A DNA stretch of 61,648 nt from Burkholderiales bacterium (GCA_050741255.1 JBOIEQ010000004.1:1-61648), one strand, 5' to 3'; positions 47,285 to 57,818 are shown, numbered from the stretch's first letter. The notes: a model not told the origin generated them from the sequence alone. Translations and numbers: made by a program.

Positions 47285-48520
47285 ATGCTGCGCACGTTTT
47301 CTTCGTGGTCCTGCGGACTGCTCGTCGCCCTCTTCGCCGTCGCAACGGCCGCCGCGGCGGCGCCACCCGGCCCCAAGGTGTACGTCGGCAACTTCAAGGA
47401 CAACACCGTCAGCGTCGTCGATCCGGCCAACGGCGCCGCCGTCGCCACCGTGCCCGTCGTGGCGGGACCCCACGGCATGGCGGTCTCGACGGACGGCCGC
47501 ACCGTGTACGTGAGCGGCGACGCCTCGTCCGGGGTCAGTGTCATCGATACCGCGACCGACCGTGTCACGCATACGATCGAGGTCGGCAAGGCGCCGCACG
47601 GCGTCACGCTGACGCCCGACGGCCGGTGGCTGCTGGTCGGTGTCTACGGCGACGACCGCGTCGCGATCATCGATACCGCGAGCCGGCAGGTCGTGGCGAC
47701 GGTGCCGGTGGGCAAGCCGCACAACATCGCGGTCCGTCCCGACGGCAAACTCGCCTACGTCGGCTCGCAGGAACCGGGCAAATTCGCGCTGGCGGTCGTC
47801 GATCTCGCCACGCGCGCGGTGGTGCGCAGCATCCCCCTCGAACGCGCGCCGCGCGGGGTGGATTCGGCCCACGACGGCAAGGCGCTCTACGTGACGCTGG
47901 CCGGCGCCAGCGCGGTGTACGTGGTGGACCCCGCCACGGACCGCATCACCGCCGAAATCCCGACCGGCGTGTCGCCCCACCTCGCCCAATACAATCGCGG
48001 CGCGCCGGCGGGCGTCGCCGTCGTGCAGGGCCCGGGCGAGCTGTTCCTGTTCGATCCCGCGAAGAACATCGCGCTGCGCTCCATCGCGGTCGGCAAGCAG
48101 CCGCACTGGGTGGCGGCCAGCGGCGACGGCAGGCAGGCCTACGTCACCAACGAGGGTTCGAACGACCTCACCGTCGTCGATCTCGCCACCGGGCGGACCA
48201 CGACCATCCCCGTCGGCAACGCGCCGCGCAAGGTCGTCGCCCAGCCGGCGCCGGTCAAGGCGGCGGGGGGGGCGGCGGTATCCATCGTGAACTTCGCGTT
48301 CGCCCCGCTGCAGATCGCGATCGCCGCCGGCCGGAGCGTGACGTGGACCAACGACGACGGAGCGCCGCACGGGCTCGGCTTCAAGGACGGCGCCAGGGGC
48401 GCCGATGTGCTGCTGCCCGGCGCGGCCTTCAGCCGCGTGTTCGAACAGCCGGGCACCTACGACTACGTGTGTTCGGTGCATCCCTACATGACGGGAAAGG
48501 TGACCGTGCGGGCCCGGTAA
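47285..48520 (+). CDS. secreted YVTN-type beta-propeller repeat protein fused to a C-terminal amicyanin-like cupredoxin domain
   Basis: 411 aa with AAGGAG upstream and a signal peptide. Repeated ...VYV(G/S)....VSV(V/I)D...... blades. C-terminus: VTWTNDDGAPHGLGF...YDYVCSVHPYMTGKVTV (His, Cys-x2-His-x2-Met copper ligands). Confidence 0.8.
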   Translation: MLRTFSSWSCGLLVALFAVATAAAAAPPGPKVYVGNFKDNTVSVVDPANGAAVATVPVVAGPHGMAVSTDGRTVYVSGDASSGVSVIDTATDRVTHTIEVGKAPHGVTLTPDGRWLLVGVYGDDRVAIIDTASRQVVATVPVGKPHNIAVRPDGKLAYVGSQEPGKFALAVVDLATRAVVRSIPLERAPRGVDSAHDGKALYVTLAGASAVYVVDPATDRITAEIPTGVSPHLAQYNRGAPAGVAVVQGPGELFLFDPAKNIALRSIAVGKQPHWVAASGDGRQAYVTNEGSNDLTVVDLATGRTTTIPVGNAPRKVVAQPAPVKAAGGAAVSIVNFAFAPLQIAIAAGRSVTWTNDDGAPHGLGFKDGARGADVLLPGAAFSRVFEQPGTYDYVCSVHPYMTGKVTVRAR

Positions 48521-48529
48521 CCGCGCCGG

Positions 48530-48865
48530 CTAGGCCTGCCACACCCCGTAGCCTTTTTCCCGCAAGGCGATCGCCAGTTCGACCTCCATGTCCCGCGCGG
48601 CGTCGTACGGCATCGGGTTGTAGCACTCGTACAGCTCTGGCAGCAGGCGTTCGCCGTAGAGCCGGACATACCTGTTCGCCCGGATGCCGGCCTTGTGCTT
48701 GTCGAAGCGGTCATCGGGGCTGAGTCCAGTCATGCCGACGTAGACGCAGGGTCTGAGCGGATCGTGGTCGGGATTGCACTTCACGAACTTGCGCTCGTAC
48801 AGCACGGCATTCGACAGCAGCACCACGTAGACATGGTGATGATCGCGGCGTCTGCGGACCGCCAT
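48530..48865 (-). CDS. small hypothetical protein with a GIY-YIG-like motif arrangement (tentative)
   Basis: 111 aa. VYVVLL...PCVYVGMTGLSPDDRFDKHKAG...DMEVELAIALREKGYGVW. The VYV...YVG...R..H...E spacing only loosely fits GIY-YIG. Confidence 0.5.
   Translation of the reverse strand: MAVRRRRDHHHVYVVLLSNAVLYERKFVKCNPDHDPLRPCVYVGMTGLSPDDRFDKHKAGIRANRYVRLYGERLLPELYECYNPMPYDAARDMEVELAIALREKGYGVWQA
48532..48591. repeat. direct-repeat copy B (3' end of the intact 111-aa gene)
   Basis: aggcctgccacaccccgtagcctttttcccgcaaggcgatcgccagttcgacctccatgt compared with copy A at 45685..45744: 55 of 60 identical. Confidence 0.85.
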
Positions 48866-48871
48866 GCCCGC

Positions 48872-49096
48872 TCAGCGATCGGCGGCCTTCTCGGCCTGCT
48901 GCTGCGTTTCCTCTGCCTTTTGCTGCGCGTCGTCGATCTTCCGCTGCATCTGCTCCATCGTCTTCTTGCCGGCCACGAGTTCCTGCTGCTTGACCGCTGC
49001 AGCGGTCGCCGCGGTGCCGGCGGTTTCGACGCCGCAGCCGCCCACAGCCGCGGTAACGACGAGGCTCAGTGCGATGAGGCTGCGATGTGTGGACAA
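48872..49096 (-). CDS. small lipoprotein with a Gln/Glu/Lys-rich helical tail
   Basis: 74 aa. Signal peptide and lipobox AVGGC, then KQQELVAGKKTMEQMQRKIDDAQQKAEETQQQAEKAADR. Confidence 0.5.
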   Translation of the reverse strand: MSTHRSLIALSLVVTAAVGGCGVETAGTAATAAAVKQQELVAGKKTMEQMQRKIDDAQQKAEETQQQAEKAADR

Positions 49097-49199
49097 GTGG
49101 ATGACCCGATCAGCAGAATCTGAGCATCATAATACTTCCTACTTCCCTCCACTCCCCGCGCACGAGCAACGACGCCCGCCCCGCCCGTCACCGTCACCG

Positions 49200-49751
49200 T
49201 CAATAGCCGAGCGGCATCTGTACGGACCGGTCGTAGACGAGCCCGTCCGCGGCGGGGCGCGCCGCCCCGTGCAGGACGTGCGGGCGCACGTCGTCCGCCG
49301 CGACGAGGTGCAGCACGGCGATGCCGCGCCCGAGCAGGACGTCCGCAATGAAACTGCGGTGGCAGTGCGCAGGCTGGGTCTCGGCGCACATGAAGGCCGC
49401 GCGCGCGGTCTGACCGCGGGCGATCAGTGCTTCCAGGGCCTGCTTGAAGGGGGCGGAGGCCATGTGATCGGCGAACCCGCGAAACGCCGCGTCGCGCAGC
49501 CCGAGGTGCGGCGAGTCGCGCCGGGGCCGGCGCATCCCGCCCAGCGCGACGCCCTCCCAGGTGTAGGCGATGCCCGCCCGCGCGAGCGCCGTCTCGAGCA
49601 TCGCGCGGCGGAACTGCGGGTGCCGCTTCGAGGACGGATAGGCGCGCACGTCGATCAGACATTCGATCCGGTGCGCCTCGAGCACGTCCATAAACGCCGC
49701 CAGGCTGCGGCTGCCGTGGCCGATGGTGTACAGCGTGGTCGCGGGATTCAT
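49200..49751 (-). CDS. DUF488-family protein
   Basis: Trimmed to ATG 49751: MNPATTLYTIGHGSRSLAAFMDVLEAHRIECLIDVRAYPSSKRHPQF...FMCAETQPAHCHR. Confidence 0.7.
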   Translation of the reverse strand: MNPATTLYTIGHGSRSLAAFMDVLEAHRIECLIDVRAYPSSKRHPQFRRAMLETALARAGIAYTWEGVALGGMRRPRRDSPHLGLRDAAFRGFADHMASAPFKQALEALIARGQTARAAFMCAETQPAHCHRSFIADVLLGRGIAVLHLVAADDVRPHVLHGAARPAADGLVYDRSVQMPLGY

Positions 49752-49975
49752 GTCGCGATGACGACCGGGGCGGCGTCGCGCCGAATGGCTGCGCCGAAAT
49801 CGGTGAAGAGCTGCGTGGTCATCCGGATTCAGTCGTTCGCATCTGCATCGGCGCGGCGCCGGGAGACACCGCCAAACGCCATGTGTGATGGCATATAATG
49901 CCGCGATTCGGGCGGAACGGAAATCGTTCCGATAGCCCCGTCCGAGCATTCAATCGAACCTTGGGAGTTCATGAC

Positions 49976-50422
49976 ATGCAAACAGTATTCACCCGATTGT
50001 GGGTTGCCATCCTCGCGCTGACGCTGGCCGCGTGCTCCAGCAATCCGTTCGGCGCCTCCGACCAGGAAATCCAGACCGTGCGTTACGGCAAGGTCGAACA
50101 GATCACCCCGGTGACCATCGACCACCCGAACAAGTTCGGCATTGGCGCCATCCTCGGCGGTGCCGCGGGTGCCGGGCTCGGCAGTCTGATCGGCGCCGGG
50201 ACCGGACGCGACGTCGCGATTGCCGTGGGTGCGCTGGCCGGTGCAGTGGGCGGCAGCTACGCGCAAAGCCGTGCAAGCACCAAGAACGGCATGCAGATCG
50301 TCGTGCGAACCGATAGCGGCGTACTGGTTGTGGTAACCCAGCCCACGGATGCCAATATCCGCGTCGGTGACCGCGTGCAGATCATCGGAACCGGTGGGGA
50401 CGCCAGCGTCACGCGCCTGTAA
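49976..50422 (+). CDS. glycine-zipper outer-membrane lipoprotein (SlyB/Pcp-like)
   Basis: Trimmed to ATG 49976. Lipobox LTLAAC. Glycine zipper GIGAILGGAAGAGLGSLIGAGTGRDVAIAVGALAGAVGG. Confidence 0.75.
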   Translation: MQTVFTRLWVAILALTLAACSSNPFGASDQEIQTVRYGKVEQITPVTIDHPNKFGIGAILGGAAGAGLGSLIGAGTGRDVAIAVGALAGAVGGSYAQSRASTKNGMQIVVRTDSGVLVVVTQPTDANIRVGDRVQIIGTGGDASVTRL

Positions 50423-50440
50423 CGCGATAGCGACGCCCAC

Positions 50441-50469
50441 AAAAAAGCCGGCTCACGCCGGCTTTTTTT
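50441..50469. terminator. bidirectional rho-independent terminator between the SlyB-like gene (+) and rplQ (-)
   Basis: aaaaaAGCCGGCtcacGCCGGCTttttttt. A GC stem is flanked by an A-run and a T-run. Confidence 0.75.
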
Positions 50470-50488
50470 ATGGGTGCGGAGAACGCAC

Positions 50489-50902
50489 TCAGGCCGCGGC
50501 CGCTTCCTTCTCCTTGCCCTTGCCGGCCTTGGCTTCCACCGGCGCCGGACGGTCCATCAGTTCGACGATCGCCATGGGCGCGTTGTCGCCCTGGCGGAAG
50601 CCGGACTTGAGGATGCGGAGGTAGCCACCGTTGCGCTTCGCGTAGCGCGGACCCAGCTCGCCGAAGAGCTTGCCCACGATATCGCGATCGCGCAGCCGGT
50701 TGAATGCGAGCCGGCGGTTGGCGAGCGTGGCGTTCTTGCCCAGCGTGATGATGGGCTCGGCGACGCGCCGCAGCTCTTTCGCCTTCGGCAGCGTGGTCTT
50801 GATGACCTCGTGCTTGAGGAGCGAAACGGTCATGTTCCGGAACATGGCCAGCCGGTGGCTGGTCGTCCGGTTGAGTTTGCGAAGTCCGTGACGGTGACGC
50901 AT
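50489..50902 (-). CDS. rplQ: 50S ribosomal protein L17
   Basis: [24 protein letters not shown]... Confidence 0.97.
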   Translation of the reverse strand: MRHRHGLRKLNRTTSHRLAMFRNMTVSLLKHEVIKTTLPKAKELRRVAEPIITLGKNATLANRRLAFNRLRDRDIVGKLFGELGPRYAKRNGGYLRILKSGFRQGDNAPMAIVELMDRPAPVEAKAGKGKEKEAAAA

Positions 50903-50932
50903 GGTAATTTCCTGACGGCCCTTAGGCCCGAA

Positions 50933-51916
50933 TTAGGCTTTTTCCAGGCCGACGGGCGGCCAGTTTTCGAGCTTCATGCCGAGCGTGAGGCCGCGCGCGG
51001 CGAGTACTTCCTTGATCTCGTTCAGCGACTTGCGACCCAGGTTCGGCGTCTTCAGCAGCTCGGTCTCACTGCGCTGGATGAGATCGCCGATGTAATAGAT
51101 ATTCTCGGCCTTGAGGCAGTTGGCCGAACGCACCGTGAGTTCCAGGTCGTCCACCGGACGCAGCAGGATCGGGTCGATCGGCTGCGGCTTCTTGGACTCT
51201 TCGGTCGCGGCCGTGCCCTTGAGGTCGGCGAACACCACGAGCTGCTCGACCAGGATGCGGGCGGCGTAGCGGATCGCCTCTTCCGGCTCGATTGCGCCGT
51301 TGGTTTCGATGTCCACAATCAGCTTGTCGAGGTCGGTGCGCTGTTCGACGCGCGCGCTCTCCACGGCGTAGCTCACTCGGCGCACCGGGCTGAACGAGGC
51401 GTCCAGCATGATGCTGCCCACGCTGCGGGTTTCGCCCAGCGGGTCGCGGATGGCGCGCACGGTCGCCGGCACGTAGCCGCGGCCGCTTTCGACCTTGATC
51501 TGCATGTCGAGCTTGCCGCCGGCGGTCAGGTGCGCGATCACGTGATCGGGATTGACGATCTCCATGTCGTGCATCGGCTCGATGTCGCCGGCCGTGACCA
51601 CACCTTCACCGCTCTTCTTGAGGTTGAGCGTGACTTCGGCGCGATTGTGCAGCTTGAGCACGAGGCCCTTGAGATTCAGCAGGACGTCGACCACATCTTC
51701 CTGCACGCCCTCGATGGTCGAGTATTCGTGCAGCACTCCGGCCATTTTGACCTCGGTCGCGGCGTAGCCAGGCATCGAGGACAGAAGCACGCGGCGCAGC
51801 GCGTTGCCGAGCGTGTGGCCGTAGCCGCGCTCGAACGGTTCCATCGTGATCTTGGCGTGGAACGGCGAGATGTTCTGGACATCGATGATGCGGGGCTTGA
51901 GCAGACTGGATTGCAT
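50933..51916 (-). CDS. rpoA: DNA-directed RNA polymerase subunit alpha
   Basis: Trimmed to ATG 51916: [50 protein letters not shown]... Confidence 0.97.
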   Translation of the reverse strand: MQSSLLKPRIIDVQNISPFHAKITMEPFERGYGHTLGNALRRVLLSSMPGYAATEVKMAGVLHEYSTIEGVQEDVVDVLLNLKGLVLKLHNRAEVTLNLKKSGEGVVTAGDIEPMHDMEIVNPDHVIAHLTAGGKLDMQIKVESGRGYVPATVRAIRDPLGETRSVGSIMLDASFSPVRRVSYAVESARVEQRTDLDKLIVDIETNGAIEPEEAIRYAARILVEQLVVFADLKGTAATEESKKPQPIDPILLRPVDDLELTVRSANCLKAENIYYIGDLIQRSETELLKTPNLGRKSLNEIKEVLAARGLTLGMKLENWPPVGLEKA

Positions 51917-51942
51917 GTCGGGGGCTCCGGGTGCGGGTGCGC

Positions 51943-52569
51943 TTAGCGCGAGTAAAGTTCGACCACGAGCGATTCGTTGATGGTGGCGGGCAGCTCGGTG
52001 CGCAACGGCAGCGCCTTGAACGTGCCTTTCAGTTCCTTGGCATCCACCGTCAGCCATTCCGGGAAGCCGCGGCCTTCGGCAGCCTCGGCGGCGCCCTTGA
52101 TGCGCAACTGGGCTTTGGCCTTCGCCGCGACCTCGACCACGTCGCCGGGACGCAGATGGTACGACGGGATGTTGACGCGCTTGCCGTTCACGAGAATCGC
52201 GTTATGGCGCACGACCTGGCGGGCTTCCGAGCGCGAGGCGCCGAACCCCATGCGGTAGGCGACGTTGTCCAGGCGGCTCTCGAGAATCTGCAGCAGCGCT
52301 TCGCCCGTGATGCCCTTCTGGCGCTCGGCTTCCGCATAGGTCTTGCGGAACTGGCGCTCGAGCTCGCCGTAGAGGCGGCGCACCTTCTGCTTTTCGCGCA
52401 ACTGGGTGGCGTAGCCGGACAGGCGGCTGTTCTTCTGGCCGTGTTGCCCGGGCGGGTAGTTGCGGCGCTCGATGGCGCACTTGTCGGTAAAGCACTTTTC
52501 GCCCTTGAGGAAGAGTTTCTCTCCCTCGCGGCGGCATTGACGGCATTTGGCGTCGAGATTGCGGGCCAT
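51943..52569 (-). CDS. rpsD: 30S ribosomal protein S4
   Basis: [36 protein letters not shown]... Confidence 0.97.
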   Translation of the reverse strand: MARNLDAKCRQCRREGEKLFLKGEKCFTDKCAIERRNYPPGQHGQKNSRLSGYATQLREKQKVRRLYGELERQFRKTYAEAERQKGITGEALLQILESRLDNVAYRMGFGASRSEARQVVRHNAILVNGKRVNIPSYHLRPGDVVEVAAKAKAQLRIKGAAEAAEGRGFPEWLTVDAKELKGTFKALPLRTELPATINESLVVELYSR

Positions 52570-52584
52570 GTTTTCTCCTTGACC

Positions 52585-52974
52585 TTAGACGCGCCGCTTC
52601 TTGGGCGGGCGGCAGCCGTTGTGCGGGATGGGCGTCACGTCGGCGATCTGGGTGATCTTGATGCCAAGCGCGTTCAGCGAGCGCATGGCGGATTCGCGGC
52701 CGGGTCCGGGCCCGCTGATGCGGACTTCCACGTTCTTCACGCCACACTCCTGCGCGATGCGCCCGGCTTTTTCGCCCGCCATCTGCGCGGCGAACGGGGT
52801 CGATTTGCGCGAACCCTTGAAGCCGGCGGCGCCAGAGGTCGACCACGACAGCGCGTTGCCCTGGCGATCGGTGATCGTGATGATCGTGTTGTTGAACGAG
52901 GCGTGGATGTGAACGATCCCGTCGGATACGTTCTTCTTGACCTTCTTCCGCACCCGCGTATTAGCTTTGGCCAT
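52585..52974 (-). CDS. rpsK: 30S ribosomal protein S11
   Basis: ...[30 protein letters not shown]... Confidence 0.97.
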   Translation of the reverse strand: MAKANTRVRKKVKKNVSDGIVHIHASFNNTIITITDRQGNALSWSTSGAAGFKGSRKSTPFAAQMAGEKAGRIAQECGVKNVEVRISGPGPGRESAMRSLNALGIKITQIADVTPIPHNGCRPPKKRRV

Positions 52975-53021
52975 GGCCGTAATCCTTGTGCGCTGACTGC
53001 TGCTGAATCGTTAAATCGCGA

Positions 53022-53399
53022 TCAGGCCGACGTCGGCTTGATGATCTTCACTGCTGCCTTGCGCGGCCCCTTGCGCGTGCGCGCATTGGTGCGCGTGCGC
53101 TGCCCGCGGGCGGGCAACCCGCGGCGATGGCGCGTGCCACGGTAGGTACCGAGGTCCATCAGGCGCTTGATGCTCATCGACACTTCGCGACGCAGATCGC
53201 CCTCGGTCGTGAGCTTGCCGACGTGCTCGCGCAGCTTGTCCACCTGCGCGTCGGTCAGGTCCTTGATCTTGGCGTTCACCTTGACGCCTGCCGCGGTGCA
53301 GATCGCCCGCGCGCTCGAACGGCCGATGCCGTAGATCGCCGTCAGCGCGATTTCCGCGTGCTGATGGTTTGCAATATTGACGCCGCCGATACGTGCCAT
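53022..53399 (-). CDS. rpsM: 30S ribosomal protein S13
   Basis: [30 protein letters not shown]...[22 protein letters not shown]. Confidence 0.96.
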   Translation of the reverse strand: MARIGGVNIANHQHAEIALTAIYGIGRSSARAICTAAGVKVNAKIKDLTDAQVDKLREHVGKLTTEGDLRREVSMSIKRLMDLGTYRGTRHRRGLPARGQRTRTNARTRKGPRKAAVKIIKPTSA

Positions 53400-53497
53400 G
53401 CGTTAGTCCTTTGTGCCGTGTCCGCAGCCCCGCTGCGGAAAAAAGCCGACGATTATAACCCGTTCATTCGCCAAAGAAAACCCGGAAAACCGGCCAC

Positions 53498-53611
53498 TCA
53501 GCCCTGGCGCTGCTTGTGGCGCGGATCCTTGCAGATGACCCGGACCACGCCCTTGCGGCGGATGATCTTGCAGTTGCGGCAAATCCGTTTGACCGATGCC
53601 AGTACTTTCAT
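53498..53611 (-). CDS. rpmJ: 50S ribosomal protein L36
   Basis: Below the ORF-track size cut-off. My translation: [37 protein letters not shown]. Confidence 0.93.
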   Translation of the reverse strand: MKVLASVKRICRNCKIIRRKGVVRVICKDPRHKQRQG

Positions 53612-53638
53612 GCTCGCCCTCTTCTCAGTTCGTCCGGC

Positions 53639-53857
53639 TTACTTCGCCCGGAATACGATGCGCCCGCGCGTCAGGTCGTAGGGCGTAAGGTCCACGGTGA
53701 CCTTGTCGCCCGGGAGGATGCGGATGTAGTGCATCCGCATCTTTCCGGAAATGTGTCCGAGCACGACGTGGCCATTTTCCAGCTTCACGCGGAAGGTCGC
53801 GTTCGGCAGGTTTTCCACGATCTCGCCCTGCATCTGTATCGTTTCTTCTTTCGACAT
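53639..53857 (-). CDS. infA: translation initiation factor IF-1
   Basis: [55 protein letters not shown]... Confidence 0.97.
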   Translation of the reverse strand: MSKEETIQMQGEIVENLPNATFRVKLENGHVVLGHISGKMRMHYIRILPGDKVTVDLTPYDLTRGRIVFRAK

Positions 53858-53876
53858 CGTGTCCGTCTGCGTCCGT

Positions 53877-55202
53877 CTAGCGCGTGGGAAACACGCCGCC
53901 TTTGAAATTCGCTTTCTTCAGCAGGCTTTCGTACTGGTGCGACATCATGTACGCCTGCACCTGCGACATGAAATCCATGGTCACCACCACGATGATCAGC
54001 AGGCTGGTGCCGCCGAAGTAGAACGGCACGCTTTTCCAGACGATCAGGGCCTCCGGCAGCAGACAGACGAGCGTCACGTAAATCGCGCCGGCCAGCGTCA
54101 GGCGCATGGTGATCTTCTCGATGTACTTCGCCGTCTGATCGCCCGGACGTATGCCGGGCACGAAGGCTCCGCTCTTCTTCAGGTTGTCCGCGGTTTCCTT
54201 CGGGTTGAACACGAGCGCGGTGTAGAAGAAGCAGAAGAAAATGATCGCGGCGGCGTACAGAAACACGTAGACGGGCTCGCCAGGATGCAGGGTGGAGGCG
54301 ATGTTGCGCAGCCAGGCCATGTTGTCGCTGGTGCCGAACCAGCCGCCCAGCGTCGCCGGGAACAGGATGATCGACGAGGCGAAGATCGGCGGAATCACGC
54401 CCGCCATGTTGAGCTTGAGCGGGAGGTGGGAGGCTTGGCCACCGTAGATTTTGCGTCCGACCTGGCGCTTGGCGTAATTGACCAGGATCTTGCGCTGGCC
54501 TTTCTCGACGAACACCACGAAGGCCGTCACACCGACAATCAGCGCGAACAGCAGGAGCACGAACGGGATGGAAAAGCGGCCCTCCCGCTGAAGCGCGAGG
54601 GTGCCCGCGACAGCGCTGGGCAGGCCCGCCGCGATGCCGGCGAAGATGATGAGCGAAATACCGTTGCCGACGCCGCGCTCGGTGATCTGCTCGCCCAGCC
54701 ACATGAGGAACATGGTGCCGGTCACCAGCGTCGACATGGTCACCAGGCGAAACATGAGGCCCGGTTCGATGACGAGCCCTTTCTGCGACTCGAGCGCGAT
54801 GGCAATGCCCATGCCCTGGAAGATCGCGAGCGCGAGAGTGCCGTAGCGCGTGTACTGCGTGATCTTGCGGCGGCCCGCTTCGCCTTCCTTCTTCATCGCC
54901 TCCAGTGTCGGCGACACCACGCTCATCAACTGCATGATGATCGACGCGGAAATGTAGGGCATGATGCCCAGCGCGAAAATCGTGAAGCGCGACAGCGCGC
55001 CACCCGAGAACATGTTGAACATGTCGAGGATGCCGCCCTGCTGCGACTTGAACAGGTCGGCCAGCACCACCGGATCGATCCCCGGTACCGGAATGTGCGC
55101 GCCGATGCGATAGACGATCAGCGCGCCCAGCAGGAACAGCAGGCGACGCTTCAGGTCGCCCATCTTCCCGCCCAGACTCATCAATGATTCGTTGGTCGCC
55201 AC
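53877..55202 (-). CDS. secY: preprotein translocase subunit SecY
   Basis: 441 aa. ...[29 protein letters not shown]... Confidence 0.97.
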   Translation of the reverse strand: MATNESLMSLGGKMGDLKRRLLFLLGALIVYRIGAHIPVPGIDPVVLADLFKSQQGGILDMFNMFSGGALSRFTIFALGIMPYISASIIMQLMSVVSPTLEAMKKEGEAGRRKITQYTRYGTLALAIFQGMGIAIALESQKGLVIEPGLMFRLVTMSTLVTGTMFLMWLGEQITERGVGNGISLIIFAGIAAGLPSAVAGTLALQREGRFSIPFVLLLFALIVGVTAFVVFVEKGQRKILVNYAKRQVGRKIYGGQASHLPLKLNMAGVIPPIFASSIILFPATLGGWFGTSDNMAWLRNIASTLHPGEPVYVFLYAAAIIFFCFFYTALVFNPKETADNLKKSGAFVPGIRPGDQTAKYIEKITMRLTLAGAIYVTLVCLLPEALIVWKSVPFYFGGTSLLIIVVVTMDFMSQVQAYMMSHQYESLLKKANFKGGVFPTR

Positions 55203-55236
55203 CGTCGCTCGCCGTTCAGTCCAGTCCGTTCAGACG

Positions 55237-55740
55237 CTATTTCGCCGCGGCGGCGGTTTCCGCCTTGGCTTTCTTGGGCAGCTTGGCCGGGGGCGTCGTT
55301 TTCTCGATCTCCACCACGTTGCCGCCCGCCTTCTCGATCGCCGCGCGCGCGCCCTTGGACACCCGCACGCCGTTCAGCGTGAGCTTGCGCTTGAGTTCGC
55401 CGGCCAGGATCACCTTGGCGACGAGCACGCTGACACCGACGACACCTTCGTCCTTCAGCGCCTTCAAATCGACCGTCGTCGCCTTCATGCGCTCGAGATC
55501 CGACAGCCGCACTTCAACAGTGGTGTCGCGCATCGGTGAAACGAAGCCGCGCTTGGGCAGGCGGCGGTGCAGCGGCATCTGGCCGCCCTCGAAGCCGACC
55601 TTGTGATAACCGCCTGCGCGGGCCTTCTGGCCTTTATGGCCGCGCCCGGCCGTCTTGCCCAGGCCACTGCCGATGCCGCGTCCAACACGTCGCTTTTGAT
55701 GTTTCGAACCGGCGCCCGGTTTCAGGGTATTCAAACGCAT
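55237..55740 (-). CDS. rplO: 50S ribosomal protein L15 (with C-terminal extension)
   Basis: [44 protein letters not shown]... At 167 aa it is longer than the roughly 144 aa typical for L15. Confidence 0.95.
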   Translation of the reverse strand: MRLNTLKPGAGSKHQKRRVGRGIGSGLGKTAGRGHKGQKARAGGYHKVGFEGGQMPLHRRLPKRGFVSPMRDTTVEVRLSDLERMKATTVDLKALKDEGVVGVSVLVAKVILAGELKRKLTLNGVRVSKGARAAIEKAGGNVVEIEKTTPPAKLPKKAKAETAAAAK

Positions 55741-55741
55741 G

Positions 55742-55930
55742 TCAGCCCTCGCACTTCACGAGATAGGAAACCTGGTTGATCATGCCGCGCACCGACGGCG
55801 TGTCTTCCAGCTCCGCCGTGCTGTTGACACGGGTCAGACCGAGACCGCGCACGGTCGCGCGGTGCGGCCGGTTGGTGCCGATCAGGCTTTTCACCAGCGT
55901 GACGCGGAGTTTCTTTTTCGTTTCGGCCAT
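55742..55930 (-). CDS. rpmD: 50S ribosomal protein L30
   Basis: Trimmed to ATG 55930: [32 protein letters not shown]... Confidence 0.95.
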   Translation of the reverse strand: MAETKKKLRVTLVKSLIGTNRPHRATVRGLGLTRVNSTAELEDTPSVRGMINQVSYLVKCEG

Positions 55931-55941
55931 GGCGCTGTCCT

Positions 55942-56472
55942 TTACTGGCCCGTGACGTCGGCGACCGTCTTGCCGCGCTTGGCGGCAATTTCGGCCGGCG
56001 TGCGCATGGCCTTCAACCCGTGCAGGGTCGCGCGCACCACGTTGTAGGGATTGGTCGAGCCGAGGCATTTGGCGAGCACGTTGGTCACGCCCATCACCTC
56101 GAACACCGCGCGCATCGGGCCGCCGGCGATGATGCCGGTGCCGTCGGAAGCCGGCTGCATGTAGACCCTGGAGCCGCCGTGACGGCCCATGACGACGTGC
56201 TGCAGGGTGCCGTTTTTCAGCGATATCTTGGTCAGGTTGCGGCGCGCTTCGTCCATCGCCTTCTGCACGGCGACCGGCACTTCGCGGGCCTTGCCCTTGC
56301 CCATGCCGATGCCACCGTCGCCGTCGCCCACCACGGTCAGGGCCGCGAAACCGAGCACGCGACCGCCTTTCACGACCTTGGTCACGCGGTTGATCGCGAT
56401 CATTTTCTCGCGCAGGCCGTCGGAACGTTCGTCGTTCCCGGTCTGCATCTTGTTTGCCTGGAGTTTCGCCAT
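55942..56472 (-). CDS. rpsE: 30S ribosomal protein S5
   Basis: ...[46 protein letters not shown]... Confidence 0.97.
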   Translation of the reverse strand: MAKLQANKMQTGNDERSDGLREKMIAINRVTKVVKGGRVLGFAALTVVGDGDGGIGMGKGKAREVPVAVQKAMDEARRNLTKISLKNGTLQHVVMGRHGGSRVYMQPASDGTGIIAGGPMRAVFEVMGVTNVLAKCLGSTNPYNVVRATLHGLKAMRTPAEIAAKRGKTVADVTGQ

Positions 56473-56484
56473 GACGGGCTCCGC

Positions 56485-56847
56485 TTAGAACTTCAAACCG
56501 TGTTCGCGCGCGGCTTCCGCCAGCGCCTTGACCCGGCCGTGATACCGATACCCCGAACGATCGAAGGCCACTGCCTCGATGCCGAGCTGTTTTGCCTTTT
56601 CCGCGATCCGCTTGCCGACCGCGGCGGCGGCGGCGGCATTGCCGCCCACCTTCACGGTCTTGCGCACCTCGGCTTCGAGCGTCGAGGCCGAAGTCAGCAC
56701 TTTCGCGCCCGCGGCGTCGATCACTTGCGCGTAGATATGGCCGTTCGTGCGGTGCACAGTCAGGCGCGCAACCCGCAATTCGCGGATCTTGAGTCTGACC
56801 TGCCGCGCGCGGCGCAGCCGTGATTCGTTTTTGACAGTCATGGGCAT
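56485..56847 (-). CDS. rplR: 50S ribosomal protein L18
   Basis: ...[35 protein letters not shown]... Confidence 0.96.
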   Translation of the reverse strand: MPMTVKNESRLRRARQVRLKIRELRVARLTVHRTNGHIYAQVIDAAGAKVLTSASTLEAEVRKTVKVGGNAAAAAAVGKRIAEKAKQLGIEAVAFDRSGYRYHGRVKALAEAAREHGLKF

Positions 56848-56853
56848 CCCCGC

Positions 56854-57387
56854 TTACTTTTTCTTGGTTTCCTTGAGCACGATCTGCTCGCCGGAATAGC
56901 GCACGCCTTTGCCTTTATATGGCTCCGGCGGACGGTAGGCGCGCACCTCGGCGGCCACCTGGCCGACGACCTGGCGATCCGAACCCTTGAGTACGATCTC
57001 GGTCTGGCTCGGCGTCTCGACCTTCACGCCCTTGGGCATCTGGTGCACCACGGGGTGCGAGAAACCGAGCGTGAGATTCAATTTGTCGCCCTGCGCCTGC
57101 GCGCGATAGCCGACGCCGACCAGCGTCAGCCGGCGTTCGAAGCCCTTGGTCACACCCTGCATCATGTTGGCCACCAGCGCGCGCGCGGTGCCTGACATGG
57201 CATTGGCTGCATTCGACTCCTCGGTCGCCAACACGTTGAGGTTGTCGTCCTTTTTTTCGATCTTGATCTTGGACGACAGCGGCTGCGTGAGCGTACCGAG
57301 CGGTCCTTTGATCGCGATCTGGCCGGCCGTGAGCGTCACTTCGACACCTTTCGGAACGGCTACTGGTAGGTTTCCGATGCGAGACAT
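56854..57387 (-). CDS. rplF: 50S ribosomal protein L6
   Basis: [31 protein letters not shown]... Confidence 0.97.
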   Translation of the reverse strand: MSRIGNLPVAVPKGVEVTLTAGQIAIKGPLGTLTQPLSSKIKIEKKDDNLNVLATEESNAANAMSGTARALVANMMQGVTKGFERRLTLVGVGYRAQAQGDKLNLTLGFSHPVVHQMPKGVKVETPSQTEIVLKGSDRQVVGQVAAEVRAYRPPEPYKGKGVRYSGEQIVLKETKKK

Positions 57388-57406
57388 GTTCAGTTCCCCT
57401 GCTTTG

Positions 57407-57802
57407 CTAGGCTACGAGGCACAGGACTTCGCCGCCCACACCCAGGCCGCGGGCCTTGCGATCGGTCATCACGCCCCGGGAGGTGGACACGATGGCCACG
57501 CCCAAGCCGTTCATGACCTTCGGGATCTCGTCCGAACCCTTGTAGATGCGCAGCCCGGGACGGCTCACCCGCTCCAGCTTCTCGATGACCGGACGCCCGG
57601 CGTAATACTTGAGACTGATGGCGAGTTCGAGCTTGCCGGCGTTGTCGCGCACGGCAAAGTCGTCGATGTAGCCCTCGTCCTTCAACACCTGCGCGATCGA
57701 CGCCTTGACCTTGGAGGCCGGCATCGTCACTGCGGTTCTTTCCGACATCTGCGCGTTGCGAATGCGCGTCAGCATGTCGGCGATCGGATCACTCATGCTC
57801 AT
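57407..57802 (-). CDS. rpsH: 30S ribosomal protein S8
   Basis: [20 protein letters not shown]... Confidence 0.97.
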   Translation of the reverse strand: MSMSDPIADMLTRIRNAQMSERTAVTMPASKVKASIAQVLKDEGYIDDFAVRDNAGKLELAISLKYYAGRPVIEKLERVSRPGLRIYKGSDEIPKVMNGLGVAIVSTSRGVMTDRKARGLGVGGEVLCLVA

Positions 57803-57818
57803 GCGGTTCTCCTAGCGC

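Noticed and set aside
49894-49899. Perfect TATAAT upstream of the SlyB-like gene, considered as a promoter -10 element
   Set aside because: No acceptable -35 hexamer lies 16-18 nt upstream and there is no TG extension. A single hexamer is too weak to annotate.
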